DNA from: Lama guanicoe
Lineage: Eukaryota
DNA length: 64,000 nucleotides
Direction of reading: 5' to 3'
NCBI GenBank assembly: GCA_013239625.1
Contig: MU053881.1
Location: 868,001-932,000 of the forward strand
This document shows positions 50,479-63,421 of the stretch, piece after piece (within the stretch, counting starts at the first letter, position 1; every line of letters begins with the position of its first letter). Position numbers and translations under genes: made by a program. The notes beneath the pieces were generated by a model that saw nothing but the letters and a program-made list of their open reading frames with translations, did no database searches and was not told where the DNA came from.

Positions 50479-53400
50479 CTCTAGGACATGATCCTTATTC
50501 ATGCCATGTGGGATCTCAGATGAATGTCTTAATGAGGTCTCTTCAATCTAATTGGGCCGGAACTCTGATGACTCCTAGCACTGTGCGACCTTTCCATATC
50601 TCAGTTCTGCTTTCAACTGTGTGTCAGCTGCCTTCCGCTGGGTCTTTCTTTCTCTGTACACGTGCAGCCCAGTTCTCAACCAGTTCCTCCTCTATGCTAC
50701 TCAATTCTTCATGTTCCGAATGCCTCAGCAGCCCCAAACTCTAATCTCTGCCTTCTCAACTCAGCGTTTGTACTCTCTCCGCCAGATACGCTGGGGCTCC
50801 TTCTCTGCTGTGGTCAGGAAGTTGTCCTGGGTCAAGAGCCGGAGGGCACACGACTTGACGTGCTTCCTTCTCTCGGGGGCTGCCATCCAATCAGCTGGCT
50901 ATTGGCCGATGCTTTACAACACTTGCCGTATGTACTTTCTCCCCTTATACCTGATTAAGGCAGAATGACTAGTGTGATGGCAATCTTTTGGTCACTGTGT
51001 CATTGTGGCTAGAGGTAGGCATTCTCAACATAGCATTGTTGTTGTTTTTTAAAGGGACCAACATTTAAAAGTCCAAAGATGTCATTTAAAAGCAAATCTC
51101 TACTGCTCTGGAGAATCACATCTGTCCACGTGGGACTGACAAATGGCAGTGTTTGTCCAAACTGATGGTGGCTGTTCTTTTTACACGCTCACTGTTGTTT
51201 TCTCATTTCTATGAATCCAAGAGTCCCCTCCCATGTCTCTTACAGAAATGGAAAGATATTCTGAGTGGACAGTGTGATTTTTCTCACACAGGTCCAGCCT
51301 CATTCATTTTTGTCTTCCACACTTGAGTTGGTGACCCCCTCTTCCTGAAATTTAGAGGCCTTGTGCACAGATGCGATGCAGGGGAGAAAACACTCTGCTG
51401 TCATCTGTCTCATCCTTAAATAAATCTTGGAGACTGTTTGATCTGGGCCAGCGTGTCCCCCATGAATTTGCCGGGCTGGGGTTAGCCACCAGGCAATTAA
51501 GTGAACAGACTCCCTGAAGGGCTGGCTCTGATGTGGTTGTCTGAGTCTCCTCAGAAGCTATTCATTTTCCTGCGGGCTCTGGAAGGAGACCCTTCAGTAG
51601 CAAGTTACTGAAAGGAAACTCAAAGAAGAGAGGAATTCTGCCTCACACACAGGTCAAGGTCATCTGATTCAGATCCCACCCCACCCCGTCTAGGGGTTCT
51701 GAAGGAGCGGGAACAGCCCCTATCCTAAATGGAGATCGTGTGGCTTGCCCCCTGTAGGGACCCTCTACACAAAATCAGACTAACCATCACTGAATCCACA
51801 AGGCAGGGAGAGGCTTAGGCTGTGTTTAAGTGCAGTTTGCGCAGTTGAATGCCCAGTGGGGCCAGACGTGTAACATAAATGAATCAGGCTACATGCAGAA
51901 CAAAACAGAGTGGAGGGGTCTGTGGCTGCTGGGTAACACGTTCCCTGGATGGGCAGTCCGTTTCCAGAAGTTTACAACACGGAGCCAGCCCCACAGAGCC
52001 ACACCTGGGCTTGTCTGTGGGTCGCCAGTTTACCAGCCCTGGCTCTCATTTTTTATTAGCTCAGTGAAAGGCGCTGTGGCCAGTGCTCCCCGGGGCATCA
52101 GTTACCTTGTCTGGATGCACACAGCATGGACAAGGCTAGTTTCAGTAGGCTGGGCCATCTTGGGGGATTTGAGTTGTGCCTCAGGACCAAGAGCCCTGTG
52201 TGAGCTTCACGATCTGGGCTTGAAGGCTGCTCTGAGCTGCTCCCTGACCAAGGGGTCTGCCCCTCAGGCACCCCCCGTATCCCATGCCCTAGGGAACGTG
52301 CTCCTCTGAGAGCTTTCCTCTTTTGGCTGGAGTTGTCTGGTGCTCAGCAAGCGCAGGGCTGTGGAGGGCAGTGAAGGGCGCTCTGGGCCACCCAGCCATC
52401 CCCCTGTGCCAGGGCATCCCCTCAGGTCACACAGCGGGCTCAGGCCCCACCTGCCCCGCTATGGCACTGGTCTGTCATCCTCCCCACCTGACTGGGTACC
52501 TTACAGTGTTTTCCTGGCTTTTCTAGATGCTCATGAGAAAAAATCTGCACGCTTGTTTTTTAAAGATTATATTTTAAAAAATGCTGACCTTAATTATTTT
52601 ACCAGATGCAGAAAAACATAAGCCAATGCCTACATATGATTTTTAAAAAACTATCAGAAAACCAGGAGTAGGCAGAAACCTCCTTACCTTCATAACAGCC
52701 GTTATATTCCAAAAGCCTACAGCCAGCGGGAGACCTGGTGAAAACATCTGCACTGGAAGCCGGGCTGGGTGACAAGGCCCGTTGCACCCCACTGTCAACA
52801 CCGCATTTGGGGTTTTGGTGCCAATGCTCTAAGGAATGGAAATGGCATAAGACCTGTCAGAACTGGAAGGAATAAGATTAAATCCTCATTACCTACAGAG
52901 GATAACATCACATGCATATTAAATTCTCCCCAAATAATAGAACCAACAAGGAGCTTAGGCAAGGTTTCTGGATCCACCATCAGCTTACAGACACCCAGGG
53001 CCTCCCTCTGCATCAGCAACAGCCATCTGAAAAGCAAGTCGTGGAGCTGCCTGGTTGGTGACCATGCCGAGCTGCCGGGCGGGCGGTGCACCCGGAGCGG
53101 GCACGGAAGCTCTGCTTGCTTTCCCCACGCGCGTCCTATGCAGCGCTCCCATCCAGCTGTTCCTGAGCTGTGTCCTTTGTAATAAACCAGGAAACAAAAT
53201 GAAGGCAGAGATTGTAAGTACCTTTTCTAAAACATGGAGCTCTCTTTTTATAGATTCATTTTTGAAGTAGAGCATACCGATGACTCCTTGGTTTATACAT
53301 GGCTCTGCAACAGAATCAGTACCTACAGGGCCATTGAAATTCCAGCCTGTGAAGCAACAGCAGAATTACCCTTGGACTACAGATTTACAGGGTTCTCTTC

Positions 53401-53597
53401 AAACTGTCCAAGACAGCTGGCTACTGTCCAACCCTCCATTGGTCCTGTCAAATGATGAGACGTTGCCAACCCAATAAATTATCTTTCCTGAAAAGAGAAA
53501 CGAGGAAACATATATGCAACAAATATACTATAAAAATGTTGATATAAAAATACCATAAAATGCTTTATAGGGGCAAATAATGGAAAGTGATGAAGGA

Positions 53598-53771
53598 TAA
53601 AAAATAAATTTCTTCTGTACAGCACAGGAAACCATATTCAATATCTTGTAATAACCTTTAATGAAAAAGAATATGAAAACGAATATATGTGTGTGTGTGT
53701 GCATGCCTGGGACATTGTGCTGTACACCGGAAATTGACACATTGTAACCGACTATACTTCAATTTTTAAAA
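53598..53771 (+). mobile_element. Short L1 3' tail with perfect 14-bp TSD
   Basis: TSD aaagtgatgaagga at 53584-53597 and 53772-53785. Confidence 0.9.
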
Positions 53772-54568
53772 AAAGTGATGAAGGAAATGAAAAAAAGTCA
53801 CTATTTGCAATAGCCAAAAAGCATCCTGAAGTCAACCTAACAAAGAATGAACAGGTCTTTTCTGTAGAAAAATGGAAACCTCTGGCAAAGGACACAAAAG
53901 AAGATGTCACTAAATGGAGAGATTACTGTGTAAATGGGTGAGATTTCTTAATGTTACAAGGCTCTTGAGTCTCCTGCATTCACCCAGGCATTAAATGCAA
54001 TGCAGATCAAAATTTCAGCTGGAATTGTTGAGGAAATCAACATACTCATTGCAAAATGTGTATAGAAGGATCAAGGTATAAGAAGAGGTGAGCCAATCTT
54101 CCAACATTGCCCTGGACCAGATGTCACGGTGTATCATGGAGGCGGTGCTCCTGGTCATGGGAGAGCCTGGGATGTCAACAGCATGGAACAGAGAGCTTGA
54201 AACAGACCTGGTGTGCATAGGAATTTGGTACACAATACAGGTGGCACCACAGAGAAAGAGGGGAAAGGATGGGTTGCTCCGTGGATGAGGCTGGGAAGAC
54301 TGGCTCACTTTCAAACTGGATCTCAACTTCTACCCAGTATCCCAGGCGGTCTCTGGATGGATTGAAGGCTGGCAGATGGAAGGGGAGGCTTTAAAGCTAG
54401 CAGAAGTTTATGTAAGACAACATTTTTGAGACAGAGCTGTGGAAAGACTTCTTAAAAGTCACCACAATGCAAACCAGAGGTGAAAATTCATGCTTTTGGC
54501 TAAGTCAGAATTAGCTTTATCTGTCAGTGAAGAACTCCACAGCGCAAGCCAAAAGCGAGCAGACTGGG

Positions 54569-54894
54569 GAATGAGAGCGGGGCTTCAAGATGGCAGCACA
54601 GAAGGACGTGGAGCTCACCCTCTCCCGCAAATACATCCAAAATGCCTCGACCGTGCGGAGCAATTCTCACCGAATATCTACTAAACCTTGACAGAAGTTC
54701 TCGTACAATTGGAACTACAAAGCAAATCTTCACGAAACTTAATAGACAACAAGGTCCTACTGTATATCACAGGGAACGAATTCAATATTTGTAATAGCCT
54801 ATAATGAAAAATAACATGAACAGGAACATATATAACTGAACCACTATGGTGTACACCAGAAACTAACACATTGTATACTTCAATTGAAAAAAAA
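54569..54894 (+). mobile_element. Bipartite mini-L1: L1 5' end fused to L1 3' tail
   Basis: ttcaagatggc...agaaggacgtggagctcacc (L1 5' start), then gacaacaaggtcctactgtatatcacaggg...cttcaattg plus poly-A; TSD core gcagactggg at 54559-54568 and 54899-54908. Confidence 0.8.
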
Positions 54895-55864
54895 CACCGC
54901 AGACTGGGAGGGGACATTTGTAAGGCCTACGTTGCTAAGGGGTTACCTTTCCTAGCACAGGAAGGTCTCCTGCCAGTCAGTAAGAGAAAGACACGCAGCC
55001 CAGTGGAGAAATGGGAAAGGGGAGGAAGGGAATGTTCTTAGAAGGAGACGATGCCCCAGGGGCGAGCAGGTGTCCGAAGAGATTCAAACACACCAGAGGG
55101 CAAAGAAACACAAATTAAAGCAACAGCGAGATGCCGCTGGACCCCCAGCGGAGTGGCAACACTGAAAAGGCGGATGATACCACGTATCAGTGGGGATGTG
55201 TGCTGGGACGTCCAGGCACGGCTGGCTGGCGTGTGGAGAGATACAGCCGTGGTGGGACCACTGCACAGAATGTTGTGCACGTGCCTCTTGACCCAGGGAC
55301 GCCAGAGGAGCTTTCACAGGGGTGCCTGGGGGACACGCATAGCTCGGCTCATTATGGCACTGTCTCTGGCAGCAGCATCCTGGAGACAGGCTCCGGGTTC
55401 ACAGCCACGGGAATGTTACAGGTTGGATGTGGCAGGTGCAAACTGCTGTGCATGATGCAGCAGGGAGGAGCGCTGAATGAGCTGTTCATACAGTTCCAAG
55501 GAGAGAGTTCAAAAGTAGTGGTAAGAGAGGAAAGTAGGGATGGAGTGGCGTCCGTAGCCCAGTGCTGTTCATGTGAGGCAGCACGCGCATGGAGTTCCGC
55601 CATGCACACGCCAGAGGGAAGCCGGCATCCTCAAGGTCAGATCAGACATGTTAGAGAATGTGCCTGTGGAGGGGGGCAATGGGAGGGGGGATGGAAAGAA
55701 GGGAAAAATTAAGTGGAGTAAAATAAGTCAGGGGCTTGCACGCATCTATGTTAACGAAGCTGTGATCTGAGGAATGTGGCTTTAGCACGACTCTCTGAAG
55801 CTGAAGTTCAAATAAATAAGGGAATGAATAGGCAACCAAGTTCCAGGTTTCTAAAACAAGTAAA

Positions 55865-56228
55865 AAAGAAAAAGAAAAGAAAATGGAACACACTAATGCA
55901 CCTATCTACAAAACAGAAACAGACTCACAGACATAGGAAACCAACTTTTGGTTACCGGGGGAAAGAGGGTGGGAAAAGACAAATTGGGAGTTTGAGATTT
56001 GCAAATACTGACTACTATATAGAAAATAGATGGAAAAAAACCTCCAAATTTCTTCTCTATAACTCAGGGTACTATATTCAATATCTTACAGCAAGCTATA
56101 ATGAAAAAGAATATGAAAACAAATACATGTACATAAATGTATGACTGAAACATTACACTGCACACCAGAAACTGACACATTGTAACTGACTATGCTTCAA
56201 TTTAAAAAATTTAAAAAATAAAATAAAT
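55865..56228 (+). mobile_element. L1 3' UTR fragment
   Basis: acaaaacagaaacagactcacagacatagg...aatgaaaaagaatatgaaaac...gactatgcttcaatt plus A-rich tail. Confidence 0.9.
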
Positions 56229-59200
56229 TCACAAGTCATTTGGCCTTATATGGAGGAATGATTAAATAAATGTAGATGGGAAAACTGGATTTTAATCGAG
56301 GGGAAAAAAAAAAGACATCTTAATCCCATCCTATTCCAGACATCAGGATGAATCCCTCATGATTTCAAATGTAATTTAAAAAGTGAAATGGCAACATAGT
56401 TGCTTGTTGTCTCAACTCTGGAAGGAAGAAGATGCTAAGTGACAGAGGCGATAATTTGAGAATATAGATTTAAAAAATGCTTGCTATGTGTTAAGAGCTA
56501 TGTACTGTGCAAAAGAATTTTCCGTAGATGGTTCTTTTATTGCTCATGGCCACCAGCTATTATTCCCCTTGAACAGAGGATGCTCTTGACTAGGAAGGAA
56601 AGGTCTTGCCTGCAATCATGGAGCAAGGAGTTGCCCAGCTTGGAACTCAGGCCGCCAGCCTCAGAGCCTGTGCCTGGACCCAGCGATATGACGAGGGTCG
56701 AGGTAACAGCAATACAGAGGCAGCTCTGCAGAAGGAAATGGAATGCAACCAAGAGAACAAGCAGCAACAGATGGGAAATAACGGGTTCCATAAAGATGAG
56801 GGGGAAATTAGGATAAACATAAGGGCTTGTTACAGCGCTCCTCCTCCAGGACAAAGTGTCCAAAGCAAGTGGAAAGGAATTTATTTAAATGGAAACTAAA
56901 GCAGCAAACCAATGTTTCAATAAGTGTTGCACTTTAAGTCATTAAGAAATGCCAGCCAATACTGTGTTATCACCTTGCTCAGTTATTTTTATAAAAAATA
57001 AGTGCGTGCCATAAACTCCAGGCTGGTGAGAATGCGGGGGACCGGCACATCCACGCACAGCTGGTGGAAGCCGAATGTGTATGCAACTCATTTGGGGAGC
57101 AAACACCACCTGAAATGGAACCAAAATACAGCAGTGTTTCCCTTCTGCTTTCTCCTTGAAATGTATTTGGTTGGAGGATACCATGCCCTCTCCAGATAGA
57201 AACGTGGGCCGGTCTCATGCCCTTTCTCTCTCTCTCCCTCCGAATGTCCAGTGCAAGGCAGTGACACAGCTTTTAATTCAGCAGAATCCTACCGGGTTGG
57301 GCCGCCTTCCGGCTGGAGTCCGGCCATGGGAACTCCTTCTACTCTGTTTCTCCGCCTGGAGCTTCTACCCCAGCCCTACCTGTCGGGGAGGGGGCTGGCA
57401 TCCTGCTCTTGGCCTGGTGGGTGCTGGGCTGTCTTTCTCACGTGTGCCATTTGATGGTTACTGGAAGGTTCCAGCTCTGTGACCTCTAGGTTCCTGTGAT
57501 GGAAGGTCCCCCCATCCCATGGGTCCTTCAGGAAGAGAAAGAGCTCTTCCCAGGACAGGGAGGTGGGAGGGCAGTAGTCAGAGGCAGCTGCAGCTGGTCA
57601 GCAGGTGAGCAATGTGCCTTTTCCTCTGCCAGCCTCTCCTGGGGTCCTCAGCTTCTGGTTCCTGCAGGTTCCTTGTGTGCAGACCCCCCGAGCTCCTACT
57701 CCCCTCAGGCTGGGGGGTCCAGGTCCCACCACATCCAGTCCCCAGGAACATGCTTCATCCTTGGCCCTGAGGGACTGGGAGGAAGACAGTTCCTAGTACG
57801 GCAGCCTTCTCCAAAATCTGCTCCCGTGACCACAACATTGGTCTCAGGATCAGCTGGCACTGGCTTCCAAGTCAGGGTCAGGCCTCAGTGCTCAGTGTCC
57901 AAGGCCTCCACGTGGCCCCATGGAAATGCCCTCAGTAGACCAGAGGTGAAGGAGGTGGTACCCTACCCACCTCGGAGGGGGCAGCATTCACAGCACAGTG
58001 GCTCTGTCCAAACAAATGTGCCCTAATTCTCTCATCCTCAAGCCCCTCTCTCCCTCAGGCCCTTCTCTCAGCACCTTTACATTCTCCTAGCTGGTGAGGA
58101 GGTTTAGTAGAAATTGGGATGCAGGCTAAATTTGGGGGTGCCCCACCTACTTTTGAACTCCATGTTGACTCCACCTGGGAGTGACCATTCATTCGGCTTA
58201 CCTGTTAGAGCACTGGAGTGTGCTGGGCACACCGCTGGAAGGTTCTGAGTGTGCAAAGGCCTCTGTCTTGAGCATTCAAGGAAGCAGACGGGATGGGTTA
58301 GGCTGGGCCATGGAGGCATCTGCCTGACAGCCCCAGGACGAGATTCATGGGGCAGGTGCCTGCTGACGGGAGGCGCACCAGGCCCATGCCCAGGGCTGGA
58401 TGTGAGAGCCACTAGGAATTCCTAGAAGTGACAGAAAACCCCAGTTAAGCTGGCTTAAATCCCAGTTCCTCTAAAGGGACTCTATTGGCTCATGTTCCGG
58501 ACACGTCCAGGGAGACTGGCTGCAGGTGAGGCTCCATTCGTCCATTTCAGTGGCGTCACCAAGACCCGGCTCCAGTCCTCCGGGGGTCTCTTGGCTCTGC
58601 TCCCCCAGAGGGCTGGACTCAGCCTTAGCCTGGCTCCCACCGTGGAAGCAAACACCTGCAGCAGCTCCCGACCCCCTACCCTCCTACCGCCCCCTCCTGG
58701 AGAAGAGCTCTGTCTCCTCCTGCGGTTTCGGCAACCCCCCAGCCCCCACCCGCCCCGGGATAGAGGGACTTTCCGTCTGGGAACCCCGAGGATCACTCTG
58801 ATTGGACCCGCGAAGCCCATGGACATGCACTGAGCTGGCTGTCTTGGGTCCTAGTTTTCTGCTTTGTCCCAGGTAGGGGCAATCGGGAGAAGGTGACCAG
58901 TAAGGTCAATGGCAGAAGAAGCAGCGGGAGGGCCACCCGTACTGCACTGAGTGATTTTACGCATCGCGGCATTTCCTCTCCATCTTATAGGCAGGCACCT
59001 GCTTCGCTTGAGGATGCATTGGGAGTTAGGGACTATGGACCCAGGTCTGAAGACTGCAAAGTCCAAGCTTTTGCTTCTCTGCTGCCTGCTCGTGGGTACC
59101 TGGGGCCCACTGGCCTGGTCAGGGACAAGGCGGTGTGCAGAGCAGGGCATGAAGCTTCTATCCTTGGAGAACAGGAGGGTGTGTGGAGCTGGGGTCGGTG

Positions 59201-60888
59201 GGGAGCCAGGACGGGTGGTCTAGGCTGGATAGCAGGCCTCGAAGGTCAGGCTAAGGTGGGTGCCCTTTATCTTGTAGGACTTGGGAAGCGATGGGCAGGT
59301 TTTCGGGGAGGCAGTGGAGGGACTGGTTTTGGAGAGAGCACCAGTTCTGGGTGGATGCATAGGAGGCGGGTGGCTGTTAAAGGTGCCTGACTCAAGGGCT
59401 GTGATGGCGTCTGGGAGTGTGCACCTGGGCTCCCCCCAACCCCGCAGCCCCCGGACATTTCCACGGCCCACAGCAGCACCTCCAGCTTGCCCGAGCTTGG
59501 TTTAGAAGCAAAGCCTTTGCCCCGATGCTGAGCTTTTGGGGGGACCCAACACCAACGTGTCCCTGACGGTTCACATACTGTTGATGCTGGAAGGAGGCAG
59601 TCTGTGTCCATCTCCTGTCCACCTCCTGGTCCTGGGGCCCGCATCCTGCTGTGTCAGCCTCATTTCCCCTTCATGCTGCTCACCAGCATGAGAATTTTTT
59701 CCCAGTCACGTGGGATCTGGTATGTTCTTTCCTAAGACAATGGCGAAATTGTGGTTAAACTGAGGACATTCAATCCCTCTCCTGAATTCCTGACAAAAAT
59801 CTGCCTGGGGTGATGTTCAAACCCCTTAGACTGGCTGGGTCACCCCCCACCCCCTCGGCTTCTCCAGCTTCACCCGCAGCCCCATGCAGCTCTACCTCCA
59901 AGGCATTCAAAACTCAGATTCCCCTCCGTTTCCAGGTCACATGCTTTGACACCTGCCTGCCTTGGCACGGGCGTCCCACCAGAGAGGGACCCTGCAGGGC
60001 CTGAATGTGTGTTTGTTCTCTTCCGAAGTTGCAGGCTGTTTTATGAAACCAATCTCCTCCAGGCACATCTCTAGCTCCGAGATGGTCTCCCTCAGTCTTG
60101 TAAATGGGAGGTGAGACATTTTCATGGTTCCAGGACCCAGTCACCGAGTTGAAGTTCTCCCCCTCGGGACCCTCCCCCAGCTGGGCTCCTCCCCCTTTCG
60201 GACCCAGCTCAGAGGCTCCCAGAACCAAACTGTGGTGGCACCCAAGGGACCCTGAACCCAGGATCGGCACGCCTGGACTGTCCTCTGTCTGCCTTTTGGG
60301 TCCAGATCTGCTAGGCTCCCAGACTGGCCTCTTCCCTCCAAAAACAGCACTACCCCAAGCCAAGGCCAAACTGGAAAGGAAGATCCTTGGAAGTCAAACA
60401 ATAAATTGTAAAAAGCAAGATAAGGGAAACAAGCTAGATGAAATGAACTGGCAGCTTCCATGATAAAAGGCTGAGATAAAACAGAAAAAGAACTACAAAA
60501 AATTTTTGAAGTTAAAAGTACAGGGATAAATAGCATTAGCTGATGGGATTAACAAGACAGAAGAAATAGTAAACAGGGAAATTAAAAATAGGTGACTCTG
60601 GAGGGGAAGGATGGGAAGGGTGGGAAGGGTGGGAAGGGCTGGCAGTACAGTCCAGACGAGCCTGGGGTGGGCTCCTGCCATCTGCCTCCTCCCCTGGGGC
60701 CAGTGGCTGGCAGCCCCACCCGCAGGGCGCCAACGGAAGGTCTCACTGCCTACCAGGCTCCCTGCGATCTGGAACTGGGTCCCCTGACCACACACACTGA
60801 AGTCCAGCAGCAGCTCCGACCAGACAGGGAGGGGATGGCCTGGAATCCCCACTGGATCTGGGTTAGCGCCCATTTCTGTAGCTGGTCT

Positions 60889-61420
60889 TGTAACAGAAAA
60901 GAACAAATCTGACTCCATATGAGACCTGTTCCTTTGGCTTTAACCTTGTGCCCTGTTTTCTAGGCTTAGTCTTGGTAGTTCTGCACCTTTTGTAAAACAA
61001 TGTTGCCTTTAGCGTGAAATATGCAGGACAGCCTGTTCTCAGGGCTCTGACCTTTAATGATATTAACACTTTTGTACTCACATAAAGATAACAAGTTGCA
61101 GAGTGGAAAATAACATTTCTTTTGTTGGAGGTTTATAGGGACACCATGATCTGACCCAGGTGAACAGCTGCAAGAACAAAGGATTCCAAGAACATAGAAT
61201 TCCTACACCAAGAAGTTTGCAGCAACCAACCACACCTTTCCCCTTTTTAGTATAAAAGAAGCCTGAATTCTGACGTGAGTAGGATGGTTCTCCAGGATGT
61301 TAGTCGGCCATCCTCTCGGTCTGCTGGCTTTCCAAATAAAGTGATTATTCCTTTCCCCAACACCTCGTCTCCCGATTGGCCTGTTGTGTGGTGAGCAGAA
61401 TGAGTTTGGACCCGGTAACA
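60889..61420 (+). mobile_element. ERV1-class solo LTR with perfect 4-bp TSD
   Basis: TGTAAC...GTAACA termini, TSD gtct/gtct, TATAAAA at about 61251 and AATAAA at about 61335; related to 4575-5055. Confidence 0.9.
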
Positions 61421-62345
61421 GTCTCTGTGCAGGAAGACAATACCTCCCTGATTCAAGTAGCTGCATCTGCATAAAACATCCCGCACATGCATTGATTTAC
61501 AGGCTCGAATTTTAGCTGCCTGGAGTCTGCCCTGGTCTGAGAGGATTCACTGCCCGCTGGGAGGGCAGCAGAACCCAGGGGTCCTGTTTGCTGGGGTCTT
61601 TGGCCCAGACACCTTTCTCAGCCTTGGCCCCTGCGGGTCCGTCTCTGGCCCAGGAGGTGAGCCCACGGGAGCCCTGGGTGGCGGCTGCAGGCTCAGTGGC
61701 TCCCGCCCGAACTGGCTGGGCTTTGGCATCTGAGAGCAGCATCTTCTCAGGAGCCCGCAGACGAGAGGAGGCGCGTGTTGTTGCTGGGATACGGTGGAGC
61801 CCCGGGAAGCGAGGCCCGGCTGCTCGCCGGCCAGGCATTGATTTTTACCAAGGGGCTCTGCAGGCAAGAGTCTGGGCAAAGCTGGGCCTGGCGGAGCCGG
61901 AGCTGGTTGTGGGGGGCTCAGCTCCCAGCCAAGCCTTGAAAGAGAGGCCCCAGGTGGGGGCCACAGTCCTGGAAGGACAGGGACTGAGCTGGCCTGAACA
62001 CGCCCCTCCCTGGTCATCACTTGTCCATCCAGAGCCTTCCTTGTGCGGGCATCAGGGAGAGAGCAATCCACTCCTACCCTCTCCTAGCAAGGGGACAGAC
62101 ATGCAGGGTGGGTGGGTGCTGGGAAGCGGTGGAGAGAAGTCAGCAGCTGCAGTGAAGGGAGACACACAGCACTATGACTGGGTGGCCTTGGATGATGGTC
62201 CCAATCTCTCTGGGCCTCAGTGTTCTCACCTGTCACATGAGGGTGAGAAATACAGTGTGTACCCCGGAGGGGTGCTGAGGGAACTAGATGAGGCAAGTGA
62301 TAAGGCACTTAGAATATTGCCCACATGTAACAGGTGCTCAGCAAG

Positions 62346-63002
62346 TGCTGTGAGATGCACTGTGTCCCTCAGAATTCATCCTGTGGAAGAAACAGACTCA
62401 CAGGCACAGAACAAACTTATGGTCACCAGGGGGAAAGGGGTAGGAAGGGATAAACTGGGAACTAGAAAATTGCTCCTCCTGGGGAGTGATGGCAATGTGA
62501 GCTACCTTGATTGTGATGGTGGTTTCATGGGTGTAGACATCTATCAAAATTCATCAAATTGCACATCTGAAATAGGTGTAGTTTACTGTACAGGAACCCT
62601 ATTGCAATAAAGGTGTGAAAAATGCTGAAGATTTAAAACAAGAAAAAAAAGTGCGTGTGTTGAAGTCCTAACCCCCAGCACCTCAGAATGTGACTATCTG
62701 GGGATAAAGTCTTTATAGAGACGGCGCAGTTAAAATGAAGGTGTTCGAGTGGGCCCGGACCCAGTATCAGTGGGCGTCCTTGTAAGAAGAGGAGATTAGG
62801 ACACTGACACACACGGAGGAAAGATCGTGTGAGGACACGGGGAGAGGACAGCCGCCCACCAGCCTGGGCAGAGGCCTCCGAAGGAGCCCGCCCTGCACGC
62901 ACTTTGGTCTCGGACTTCCAGCCTCCAGAACCGAGGAAGTAAGTTTCTGCTGTTTACTCCCTCCAGTCTGGTGCTGTTACTGCAGCCCTGGACGACTAAC
63001 AG
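62346..63002 (+). mobile_element. MLT1B-like LTR split by an insertion at about 62390-62650
   Basis: 5' piece tgtgtccctcagaattcat; resumes tgttgaagtcctaacccccagcacctcagaatgtgact...ggacttccagcctccagaac. Confidence 0.8.
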
Positions 63003-63014
63003 GGGCGTCATCCA

Positions 63015-63334
63015 CAGGCACGCCTCCCTGTAGAGTGCTTTCTTTACTGGGCTTCACAGATCCTGCAGTTTTGACAAATTGAAGATTTGTGGCAACCCTG
63101 TGTTGTCAGATCGTGGTGAGAATTTTTTGTAGCAATGAAGTATCTTTTAAATTAACGTATGTTCGCTGTTTCTTTAGACGATGCTACAGCACGCTTAACC
63201 GACTGCAACACAGCGTCAGCGTAACTATCATACGCGCTCGGAAAACACAGAATTCGTGGGACTGGCTTTATTTCGATATCAGCTTTATTGCCACTGTCTG
63301 CAACGGAACCCTCAGTGTCTCTGAGGTCTGCCTG
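63015..63334 (+). mobile_element. Internally deleted Tigger1 (Tigger1a_Art-like MITE)
   Basis: TIRs caggcacgcctc...gaggtctgcctg; acaaattgaagatttgtggcaaccctg joined to the Tigger1 3' end. Confidence 0.8.
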
Positions 63335-63421
63335 CATGCGATTGTTGCTCCCATGCCCCAGCACTCAGCCCAGGGCCACACAGCAGGCTTTGGGGAGTTT
63401 ATGGATGGAACTTCCAGGAGT

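Larger units (their letters stand above)
52540..55560 (+). mobile_element. Fragmented old L1 (L1ME-like) ORF2 relic hosting younger inserts
   Basis: ORF2 motifs in the expected order (agatgcagaaaaa, aaagcctacagc, tggaacagagagc, agactggga, aaattaaagcaacagcgagatgcc), with interruptions. Confidence 0.6.

Noticed and set aside
56481..56899. Overlapping ~100-aa ORFs in unique-looking sequence
   Set aside because: No recognisable homology or convincing splice context; a BLASTX search would be needed to revive it.
60340..60600. A-rich stretch resembling an L1 ORF1/HAL1 relic
   Set aside because: Too degraded to assign without a profile search.
4575..61420. Two related LTRs as the ends of one giant provirus
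   Set aside because: Each has its own 4-bp TSD, their U3 regions differ, and no gag/pol/env lies between them.
61588..62610. Longest ORF (340 aa)
   Set aside because: It runs through MIR, MLT1B and L1 sequence, has no recognisable domain and starts at a non-ATG codon; long chance ORFs are expected in GC-rich DNA.
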